This document shows, one piece after another, positions 53,601 to 64,000 of a stretch of DNA of 64,000 nucleotides (positions are counted from its first letter, which is position 1; every line of letters begins with the position of its first letter). The stretch comes from Gnetum montanum. Lineage: Eukaryota > Plantae > Gnetophyta. The position numbers were made by a program, and so were the translations under genes. Under the pieces are notes generated by a model that was given only the letters and a program-made list of their open reading frames with translations, was not told the DNA's origin and did no database searches. The stretch covers positions 506,307-570,306 of the forward strand of contig MNCI01000415.1 of assembly GCA_015680685.1 (NCBI GenBank), written 5' to 3'.

Positions 53601-54132
53601 AATAAGATCATCGTAAATATCCTCAAGAAAATGCTAAAAAATGAAAAATACAAGTGGCATGAACAACTCTCATATGCACTTTGGGCTTCTAGGATAGCCT
53701 TTAGAATTGCAACTGGTGCTAGCGTATATGGCCTAGTTTATGATCTAAAGTTTTTTTTGGCTCTTGAATTATAGGTCCCGTCCTTAAGGGTAGCTCTATT
53801 TGACTTCATCAATAATGAGAAGAATAAGGAGTTGTGTATTATTAACCTTGATAAAATGGAGGAATGTAAAATACAAATGCTTGTGAACATTGAACGATAT
53901 CAAGAGAAGGAGAAACAATAACATCATTAAGATCTGAATAAATAGAAAGTCAAGGAAGAAGACCTTGTCCTCAAGACCTTTTGCAAACATTCAAACAAAT
54001 GTTTGACTAATTGAGAAGGACCTTTCTTGGTCATAAAAGCTTGTGGTAATAGAGCATTCATGCTAGTGGACATGGATGGGATTTAATTAACTAATACTGT
54101 CAACCATTCCTATCTCAAACCTTATTATATTA
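50700..54132 (+). pseudogene. pol relic: RT, RNase H, archaeal-type RNase H, integrase
   Basis: RT: WVSNIVVVPKKNGSIHICIDFCDLNK, MSFGLKDACATY, YVDDIVV. aRH at ~52436-52800: MYFD, CTNNVVEYEGLI, DLKLVINQV. INT: HHCC at ~53120-53250, FTKWVEAIP, ANGQVKANNK. Many stops. Confidence 0.93.
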
Positions 54133-55159
54133 ACGTTGATCTATTTGCTTGTAGTCATTGTTTGACTTTGTTTATAGGTTTGGATAAATAATTGACATCG
54201 ATGATATTAGTAGCCCACAACAAGCAAGCCTGCATGACCTTTTATCTTGTTTGACATCTCAAAAGATTGTAAAACTTGTATTAATCTGTAAAGAAAGAAA
54301 CAAGGTTCTTATGTTCTACCAGTTATAATTAATGATGGCCTATATCTACTTGTTGTCACTTATTGTCTCATGTAACTTTTTGTAAACACATGCATTCTTT
54401 GATTTTTTTGATTATCCTCTTGGACTTGTGCTTGTAGGAAGATCCTAGAGTCATCGCAAAGGTGTGACTCATTGCAGTAGTGAGTTACTACATGAATTTG
54501 ATGTAGGAGATTCGGTTAGCTTATCTAATCTTGTTAACAATGCTTACCTTACATCAACTTCATTACCCCTTTTGAGCCATAATCCTATAGCCAAACTTTA
54601 GCCTTCCTTACTTTACTAACCATGAAAACCTATGTTTGACATTGATGTATCATGACCATGTGACATCTTCGCTGCTGTGCTCCACCAATCAAGTTCACTA
54701 AATGTAACACATCTCATTCAGTGAGAAAATGAAAGTTTAGTTTTGGCAATGAAACCCAAGGATGGTTTCACTTCCACACACAGAAAAAAAAGAGGAGAGA
54801 GAAAATGCCAAGAAAAACAAGAGGCTAGTGTAGCCTAAAGATAAGAAAATAAATGGCGATCAAAAAACAGAGAGAGCCAATAGGCCAAAGAATTCTAAAC
54901 ATCATAGAGTAACTAGAAGTTCTAGCATGAAGCATGAACACCTCCTTATTTAATAAATATGTCACCATTATACCATAACCATGATGTTAACACATTTGAA
55001 AGTCTTTGTTAGCCCACATGACCATTTAAATATCCAATATAACCATCATCTTAATGCAAACTCTTGAGATCCCATTGTGAGATTATTTAACCATTGTGAG
55101 CACTTTTTAGCATGATTTGATAACTATAGAATCAAATGTGGAGAGGGAGCATTGGTAAT

Positions 55160-55945
55160 ATGGTACAAAAACTTGATACACATGCCACCAACTATGTGAC
55201 AAAATACTTAGATCACATGACCATTTCAATGATGGGAAATTGACCTAATTAGAGTTATAACACCTAATTCCTTTACAGGATATAGCTTCATCATCACTGT
55301 AACTAAGTACTTCATAAAGTGGGTTGAAGCTATCCCTATAAGTAAAACAATATCTTAACAAGTCTATAAATTCATTTTGTATAACATAGTGACCCATTTA
55401 GGTTTACCCCTAACTATCATCATAGATAATGAACCAAAATTGAATAACCAAGATATGTAAACCTTTTGTCAACAATTAAACATAAACATTCCTTTTCATC
55501 ACCATACTATCCACAACCTAATGGCCAAGTTGAAGCCAGCAAAAAGGTCATCATAAGCCTCCTAAAGAAGATGCTAAGCAATTATAAACACAAATTATAT
55601 GAATAAATTTTTATGATGCACATTGGGCCTATGTGAAAACCTTTAGAACCACAGCAACTACTACCTTGTATAGCTTGTTTTATGGATTTGAAGTTGTTTT
55701 GCCTCTTGAATTGTAGGTTTTATCTTTGAGGGTAGCTCTATATAACTTTCTTAATGATGAGTAGAATAATGATCTATGTATCATAGACCTTGATTTGGTG
55801 AAAGAGTAATGGATACAAAGCTTTGATCACATCAAACGATATTAAGAGAAGCAAAAACAAAAACAACATCATGGCCTAAATAGGCAAAAAGTCAAGAAAG
55901 AAGATATTTTCCTCAAGGTCATTCACAAACATGCAGACAAGTTCT
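55160..55945 (+). pseudogene. Second Tat-like integrase fragment
   Basis: Homologous to ~53250-53990 (FIKWVEAIP, YYPQPNGQVEA). Confidence 0.85.
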
Positions 55946-55947
55946 CA

Positions 55948-58460
55948 ATCAATTGAAAATGAACTCTTTGTGGGAAAATTTTATATCTTTATTTAGTGCC
56001 TCATTTTGTACTAGACCGAATTCATAAACTTGTTTATTACATCTAAGCATCTCATTGTAGACTCTAGACTTAAAGTAGTATGTCACCATGGTATAATTAT
56101 CAATTATTAAATCATACAGAAACTCATTACTCACCATGATCAAATGAATCTTAGAAAATCTAGTAAGCTCTTTATTGACCATGTTGCTAATCATTGTTGG
56201 AAGGTCATCTTTTATAATTTTACCAAAATCCTTCCACATAGTTTTATTATATAATGTTTCTTTCATAGGGCTCTTTTCATCTTGAAAAGGTGAATTGTTT
56301 CTTTTATATGAACAACTTTATTTTTAAAGCTATAATGTTGCATTGCTACTCTCATCATAGCTAGGGTTAGATAGTCACATTCTAGCTTATTCCATGTCTT
56401 ACCTTAGAATTTGGTGGGTTGAATCATTGAAAGTAGCTTTGTGATGATTTTGTCCTTTGACAAGGTATCCAAAAATAACCATAATACCAACTCTATAATT
56501 TGTTCTCTCACCTTTAAGATGATTTTAGTTAAATTTAAACTTTGAAAAAAATTAACAACAATAGGGAAGAGATAATTATATGAGAAGTACAGTGTAAAGG
56601 AATAATAATAACTAAGTACCTATCCCTTTATTTCTCATTTTAATAGTGAAATCCAATCCACATGACTCCCCTTCTTCACCATGAAGAGCAAACACAAAAG
56701 AGGCCAAGCTATTACATTCTTTCTATATTTGACAATGATGTAGTACATAATTATGTCTACTAGCCTAAAGTAGGATATATTTAATTTACTAATTGAAATT
56801 CGAGTAATGGTAGATGTGCATCACTTTCTCCATTCATCATCATTTACAAAAGATTTCATCAATTATTTTCAAGGAAAGGTTACTTCAAAGCATAATTAGT
56901 TTTCACTATTTGAAAGTTGCAAAGAATCAATGAGTTTGTAGAACCAAAATTTCTCTCTACAAGCATGTTCATCTTCAGTTCTATCAAGTCAACCTTTGAA
57001 GCAAGGTCATGTTCCATTGAGAGAAAAAAAAACATTATTATGGTTTGTAGGATGAAACCTCTATTTTGTGCTCAAGTTCCAAAATGGTTCTACAAACCAT
57101 GTCAGCATTTATAAAGCATAAGCTCATAAAACCAAAAATCAATTCTACATGGAAGCCTAAAAATGATTCTACAAGCCATATCATCATCATGAATCATGTT
57201 TATAAGGAAAATAGAAAGAAAAAATAAGCTCAATTTGTTGAATAAAAAATGATTCTATGAGTGGGACCAATTTTTAATCCACCACATCATCTTTGAAAAA
57301 TTCAATGAATGTGTAGAACAAAAAATCGATCCTATAAAGTAACTCTAGAGAGATTTTGCCATCTTAGCACCAACAAAGAATAGGTTCATAGAACCAAAAT
57401 TTTGTTCTATGAACAAGAGCTAAGATGGTTCTACAAAACACATCAAAACTAAGAAGAGTTTTATATTGGATCCACAAGATATTATGAAAACACAATTGTG
57501 CACATGCTTAATATACTTTTTAGTCTAGCTCAACATGTTAAGGATTAGACAAATAAATATTTAGGAGCTAAGGAATATAACATAGCTCTTAGAATGAGCT
57601 CTAAAATAATTCTATGACTCACATCAGCTCTTATGAAGCATAGTTTGTAGAATCAAAATTCAGTCCTATGAATAAGATTTGAATTGGTTCTCTAAGCCAT
57701 GTTAGAATTGAAAGTAAAGAGCTTGAATACAAGACCTACTAAGAATTATTCTATACATGGATAAATTTAGTTTTAGTCTAGCTCAACTAAACTTGGCATC
57801 AAAAAGTTTTTTGATGATTTAAAGAAAAATAAAAAGTCATGTAAGCTAAAGATAGAAGAAGAGCTTGTAGAACCAAAAAGTCATTTTATGAATTGGTTGT
57901 ACAAGCTTGTTGCAAAGTTGTTTTGCCAAGTCAACTCAAATCTAAAAGAAAAAGCTCATAGAACTAAAAATTAGTTTTATGAATTCATTCTACAAGATAA
58001 ATTAAGATATAAAAGAACTATAATTCATGAATTTAAACAAAAAACTTGCTAGATGTACACTTGTACTTGATTTCAATCTAGCTCAACATCTCACAAATAA
58101 AGAAAAAGAGAATTAAAAGATATCAAATCCTAATTAAGAGCCACATCAATAGAGGTTTTGTAGAACCAAAATGTGATCAAATTTATTACTCTAAAAACTT
58201 AATTAAATTTTGAAGAAGGAAAGTAGTTTTAGGTGACTATTTGAGTTTCAATTATCATGTTAGCATTAGTGAAATAAAAAGATTAAAAGAGATTGTTAGT
58301 AGAATAAAGAATGGTAGTTTTACAAAGTAGTTCTACATATATGTCACATAAGATTAATCACTCTAAAGAGAAAATTAAGAGCTATATCAACAAAAGATAA
58401 GATAACTATTTCATACTAAGTGTGTAATTATTAAATAGTGATGATAGAGTAGCTCAACAA
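55948..58460 (-). mobile_element. Decayed retroelement fragment with extra-ORF relic and dispersed gtagaacc/ggttctac motifs
   Basis: Minus ORF 55949-56266; repeated tagaaccaaaa...ttcta motifs at 56940-58340. Family not established. Confidence 0.35.
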
Positions 58461-59539
58461 TGTTAACCTTTTGGTATGTCAAAACCTTAATAAAAATAGA
58501 GAAAATAGAATGTTTATGGTGGACAATGTTTTTGTAGGACATGAACAAGAATTCCACCATGAAATTTGAGAACTTAAGAAAATGAGATCTATGGGTAGAA
58601 GTTAAAATGAAGGCCACATGGACAAGATGAGTGCAAGGATGAAAATGAAGGCTACAAATTAAATGAAGATGCTCTAAGGACTAGCAAGAAGGAAAATTGA
58701 CAAGAGAAATGCTCAGAAGTTAAAGCTCAAAAGTTGAGAAGACGTCTCTAAAAAATAGTAGATGTTTATGTCCCAGAGTAGATGTCTCCCTATAGATGTC
58801 CTATTTGCCAGTGAGATGTCTCTCCTGAATTGAGGCCAACCTTAGTGAGATATCCCAACTTCGAAGTAGATGCCTACATTAGCTACTTAGTGGACATTGC
58901 ATGAATTCTGAGGAGTTTTTAGAAACTTTGAGGCTATAAGAAGATGTAAAATTCATGGAAATTATGCAAGCACTATTCACAAAAGATCAATCATTATCTA
59001 TTCTATGCTATTCTATTCTTGGTCTTCACTATAACATCATTTTCTTGATTATGAGTTGTACTAAGGTTCAGGTAAAAGGACTTGTAAATTTAGTTACATT
59101 ATTTCATTGTGTCTTTCTCTCTTTCTTGTAGCCTTATGGGGTTGATGTGCTTCTTATGAGAATGCATCCACATTGAACTTGTTGGGACTTTGTGGGGTTG
59201 AGTGGTTTTGCAGCATCAAAACACTTTAGAGAAGAGCTTAATTTTGTAAAGGTTGTGGAATCCTTGAAATCACATTTTGAGCTTATTAGGACCTTAAGCG
59301 GTTGAGTGGTTTTGTAGCAATGAAACACTTTAGAGTAGAGCTCAGAGCTTGTATAGGATTTGGTACCCTTTAAATCACAGTTTTTTAAGAAACAAAGTTT
59401 GAAGCTATGCAAAGATTCTATCTCCCAAGTGTGGATGTATCTAAGTTGGGAAACCACGTAAAATTTGTTGTGTTCACGTGGTAAGTGAAATTTTAATTAG
59501 GAAACTTATTCAAACCTCCTTCTAAGTTCTTGATCCACA
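58461..59539 (+). repeat. 5' LTR of Copia element
   Basis: TGTTAACC...TCCACA; first ~120 bp match 63880-64000. Confidence 0.88.
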
Positions 59540-59541
59540 AG

Positions 59542-59553
59542 TGGTATTGGAGC
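59542..59553 (+). promoter_or_regulatory. PBS, tRNA-iMet-like (tggtattggagc)
   Basis: Decayed TGGTATCAGAGC, 2 nt after the LTR end. Confidence 0.8.
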
Positions 59554-59595
59554 CTGATACTCTCAAGTTCATGCTTCAACTTTCAATAGTGAACT

Positions 59596-61435
59596 ATGGA
59601 GGGGACATCCTACGCAAAGCCACTAATGTTCAATGGGTTTGATTTTGCTTACTAGAAGACAAGGATGTAAGGCTTATTCAAATTGATGGAATTTGAGGTA
59701 TGGGAGTCAATTCTTGAAGGATACACACTACCCATTGATAATGCGTCAAAGGCCCTCAAGCCACAAAGCAAGTGGATGCTTGAAGAAAGAGATAAGTTTA
59801 TGTTTGACTCTAAAGTAAAAAATATTTATATTGTGCATTAAATAAGTCAAAATTCAATAGAATAGCTGGATGTACAACTTTTGAAGAAATTTAAGAAACT
59901 ATGGAAGCTACCTATAGGGCATATCCATAGTAAAAAAATCAAAACTTTTGGTTTTGCAAAGTGAATATGACAAAAATAAAATGAGGGAAGGTGAAAAGAT
60001 TAAAGATTATTTTTCTAGTGTGAATCATCTAGTTGTAGCAATTAGGGGTATAGGCAAGGACTTACTTAAAAGTAATGTAATCATAAAAATGATTAGAACA
60101 GTACAACTGGAATTTAGACCTAAGGTTCTAGCTATGTAAGAAATGTGAGATTTCTTGATCTTAAAATTTGAAGAGCTCCAAAGTGCTCTTGTTACTTATG
60201 AAATGAATCTCATAAGTGAAGGAGCAATAAAACAAAAGCCTATCACCTTGAAATCAACATCTAAAGAGAAGGAATTGGTTGAACAAAAAATGAACAATGA
60301 GGAAGAAATAACTCTTCTATCAAGAAGAGTTCAAAGGCTTCTAGCAAGAAAAGGAAGGAACTTTTATCAACCAGGAACCAACCAATCCAACACCAAAGGT
60401 AAAGATAAAGGTAAAAATTTTTCAAATTCAAATTTTGATGCTTTTACAATAGAATGTTAGGTATGTGATGGAAGAGGCCATGTGGCCTCTAAATGTCCTA
60501 GCAATGATAGGTTGCAATGTAAATAAAAGATTGAGATGGATATGAAAAAGACTAACTTCTACACAAGCTAGAATGATGGAGAGCAAAGTAGAAAAGGTGG
60601 CTAACACTTCAAAAGATTCACATCTCATCTATATGGCTCTCACAGATGACAATACTAGCTTATTTGATGATGATGATCAAGTGGAAACTGATGAAGAAAT
60701 GTATGACATCTTGTGCAATGAACTCCTATCTCTTCAAAATATTTGTATAAATTTAAAGAAGGAATTAAAAAACAAGGATCAAGTTGTGTCTTTATTAAAT
60801 ATGAAAATTTTAGATTTCACAAAAGAAACCTTAGACCTAGGGGTTGAGAATAAAAAAATAACCTATCTTATGAGTAGAACAAGGAAGAACTTGTAGATGC
60901 TAAACTTTTAAATGAGAGTTTGGTCAAAGGAAAAGAATCTCTCCAAATATTTCTTAGGCAAGAAAGAACTCCAAATGATAAAAGTGAACTAGGATGTTGT
61001 TAACAAGAACAAGCATCCACACAAAATTTATCCAAACAAGAGGCCACTTCAAAAATTGAGGTAACTACTAGCACTACATTTAAAAAAAGAGCAAGTCCAA
61101 GGTTTGATAACTTTAACAAAAAGGTTAAGTATTATTATTGTAATAGATTTGGGCATAAGCAATGGAATTGCAACTTGAAGTATTATCATATGAACATTGA
61201 GACATATCACAAAACTCCTTAGTCTTATACAAATGTGTCTAGAAAAGAAATTGTGTAGGACAACAAGAAAGAGTGGATAAATTAAAAAGGCAAGGAAGTT
61301 AGGAAGGTATGGAGAATCAAAAAGAATAAAGATGATAGTGAGAGAATCATTTCCAACAAATTTGTGAAGGGGGACCAGTCTTTGAAAATAGAAGAAATTT
61401 GCGTGAGAGAAGGTACCTCAAAAAGAGGGATCTAA
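59596..61435 (+). pseudogene. Copia gag relic
   Basis: MEGTSYAKPLMFNGFDFAY*KTRM; MREGEKIKDYFS; zinc knuckles C*VCDGRGHVASKC and YYCNRFGHKQWNC; KVWRIK. Confidence 0.9.
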
Positions 61436-61791
61436 TTCTCAAACTCCTTAGTAATCTTCATTTTCTTAAGTAAGAAAGGTAAGTAGATGTAAGTCATGAA
61501 TTCATTTTTAATATCTCTTAAGACTATAATCCTTAGTAGCCAATCCCAAATCTTCTCTTACTGAGACATCTACTTGAAGACATCTACCGTGAGACATTTT
61601 CATAAGAAGACAGACATCTACTTAAAGACATATACTTTTCAAGTGAGACATCTACCTAATTTTTGCTAGACATGACATAGACATCTATATCTCAAAGGAT
61701 ATGTCTATCTTTTCATAAAAATCCCTCAACCCCCATGATTATATAAATCCAAACCTTCATTTCTCCTTCATTCTTCCACATCCAAGCATAG

Positions 61792-63420
61792 ATGACTAAG
61801 GCTTCTCCAACAATAGTGAGTTGTGCATTTTTCTTCAAAATTCATGATCCACAAAAAGGTTGGAATGTCAAGGCCATCAGTGAGGAAGATCAAGAAGTTA
61901 ACGGAAGCTTCCTCCAACATTGCAAGCATCTATTCTCCATAATTTAGATTCATTATGGCACAACATTGGTTTGAGATAACTCAAATTATTTCTATTATCT
62001 TTGAACATTCTCTTTATTTCCAGAAACACTGTCAAAAGAAATTGATGGGGTTCTTTCAAGTTTTGAATTGGGTTTCATTCATTTTTTGGATTTTTGTGTG
62101 CTTGAAATTCTCACAAGAGAGTTATATAGTAACATTATGATTACACATGCTTCTACAAGGGCTTTTACTACCATGATTGGGGCATGTTGATTGATGTTTC
62201 TCGTTAAGTAGTTAATGCAATTTTAGGGATATTTAGTGTTGATGTTTTTAGGATTATCATTCATTCCATGAATGAAATTTTCATGAATGGTGTGATTCAT
62301 ATTTCCCAAGATGAATTTTGCAATGCTTTGTTTGAGGAGTTAGTGTCTTTACATAGTGGAAGAATTTATAGGAGTTAGATGGCTCTAGATGCTTTTATCC
62401 TCTCTCTCATTATTTTATATAATATCATTATAAAAGGAGGAAGCTATAACATTTTTTTTGCTAGCCCAAGAATTTTTTCTCTATTTCCTTATCATAGGAA
62501 AACCTTTGGACTTAGGTCATACTCTTTGTTAAGACATGTTGGGTTTGTTCATCATGGAGAGAATCTATGGGCATCCTCACCTCATCAGTTTGCTAATCTA
62601 ACAAAGAGGTGTTCTCATTCCTGACATGCCTTTGCTTATAGGCAAGAGGAGCCTTAGTGAGTATTTAGAAAAGTGGAGCTCCACCAATGTTGAAGATGTA
62701 GAACCAACACTAGACCTTAAAAATCAAGGAAGAAGTGATTTGAATCATCATTTCAAGGCTCTCCTGAGTTGAGAAGGTCTAAATTTGTTGGTAGTCAAGT
62801 GAGATCTTCTGTGAAGAAGCTACTTAGACCCTTTTCTAGCATTATTGGAATGACTGGCAAGAATCTCTCTTACCTTCGTAAGAGAATGTATGCAGTTGGA
62901 GTACCTATTCCTCTTGATAGGTAGCAGTTTGAGGAGATCTCAACTCCTTCCATATGAGATAGTGAGGAGGCCCATCTAGCTTCACCTAGACACTCAATAG
63001 TAGCTAGGCCTTCCTAAGCTTATGGCCTAGGAAATACATCTAATTTAGAGGAGCTTGATGCACCACCAACATGTGTCTAAGGGGAGTTTTCTGATCCTAT
63101 GTAGCTTGGACCTAGTTCTCATCATCAAGATGATGCTCTACAAATATTTAAGTAGTAGGCCATGGAGAGCATCTTTACAACTTCTTCCTGGTGGACACCT
63201 GTTGATCTTATCACTTATCAAGGAAGGGTGCTTCCTCATTCTCTCAGTAGGCTCCATCCCAGTAGGATCCACTAGCTTCATCTTGATTTCAAGTGAGGCT
63301 TTGTCCATAGAGGGCTCTAGTTCAAATACCATTGTTGGATGATGATGATGAGTAGCATGTCTATAACACTAGCACTAGAAGTGATGATGATGATGAGGAC
63401 ACCTATAGACATTCTTATCT
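61792..63420 (+). pseudogene. Extra (env-position) ORF relic of the Copia element
   Basis: ATG at 61792 after atataaat (61741); protein-like broken frames; lies between gag and the PPTs. Confidence 0.5.
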
Positions 63421-63866
63421 ATAGTTTCTTCTGACAAGGATTTAGATGATGCCACTAAGGTTAGAAATTAGAATCTTTAGGTAGTCCCTTCTTTTGGATG
63501 ATGTCTAAAAAAGGGGATAGTTTTTGGGATAGTATACATTTGTACATTGTGGATAGACAACCATAGTATGTTATAGCTTATGATTATCTAATTGTGATAT
63601 GCTTATGAATGGATAGATGTTTGTGAACTTTATGCCCTTTGTATATGGATTCATCTATGTTATAGAGACAGGTTGAGCCTTAGACATTTGTGGAAATCAC
63701 TTATTTCATTTTAATCTTATTTTCTTAAGCTCTTATATTTTTACCATAGTAATACCCTTTGGATACCATTGACCTTTATACATCTTAAGTATTTTATTGT
63801 TTACTATTATTTGGAGTTTATGCCATATTATCTACTAACCCATTTTCTTATGTTTTGGACATCACC

Positions 63867-63878
63867 AAAAGGGGGAGA
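63867..63878 (+). promoter_or_regulatory. Polypurine tract aaaagggggaga (upstream second copy at 63507-63520)
   Basis: Abuts the 3' LTR; multiple PPTs are a known Sirevirus trait. Confidence 0.88.
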
Positions 63879-63879
63879 T

Positions 63880-64000
63880 TTTTGAACTTTTGGTATATCA
63901 AAACCTTAAGAAAAATGGAGCAAATAGAATATTTGTGGTAGATAATGTTTTTTTTAAGGACATGAACAATAACTCCACAATGAGATTTGAAAACCCAAGG
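63880..64000 (+). repeat. 3' LTR of Copia element (truncated by window end)
   Basis: Matches 58461-58580. Confidence 0.88.

Larger units (their letters stand above)
38796..55151 (+). mobile_element. Tat/Ogre-like Ty3/Gypsy element E (decayed; 3' LTR missing)
   Basis: Putative LTR 38796-40106, gag ~40480-41900, protease relic, ~8-kb spacer, RT-RH-aRH-INT, PPT-like ggagagggagca near 55140. That both halves belong to one element is an inference. Confidence 0.7.
58461..64000 (+). mobile_element. Sirevirus-like Ty1/Copia element lacking pol
   Basis: 5' LTR, Met-type PBS, Copia gag, extra ORF, two PPTs, 3' LTR from 63880 matching 58461 onward. Confidence 0.88.

Overview
AT-rich eukaryotic DNA, read as a large-genome land plant (species not determinable), made almost entirely of nested, decayed LTR retrotransposons, with two N gaps (754-1435, 3536-3776). 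Only one gene looks intact: a strongly GC/CpG-rich, intronless ORF (ATG 22610 to TAA 23659, 349 aa) encoding a secreted or membrane-targeted class-3 lipase whose motif pattern resembles fungal Atg15. It lies at the inner edge of a large inverted duplication. The left arm (~4165-23510, minus a later 7.1-kb insertion) mirrors the right arm (~29901-41578) across a ~6.4-kb unique spacer, and the right arm carries a deleted, CpG-decayed pseudogene of the lipase. Mobile elements: three copies of an Athila-like Gypsy family with only gag-protease (one full length, TSD GTGCT, empty site visible in the mirror arm); Tat/Ogre-like Gypsy elements, one with PR-RT-RH-aRH-INT order and an ~8-kb PR/RT spacer holding a spliced antisense gene; and a pol-less Sirevirus-like Copia element running off the window end. 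All alignments and family calls were made by eye, without database searches.
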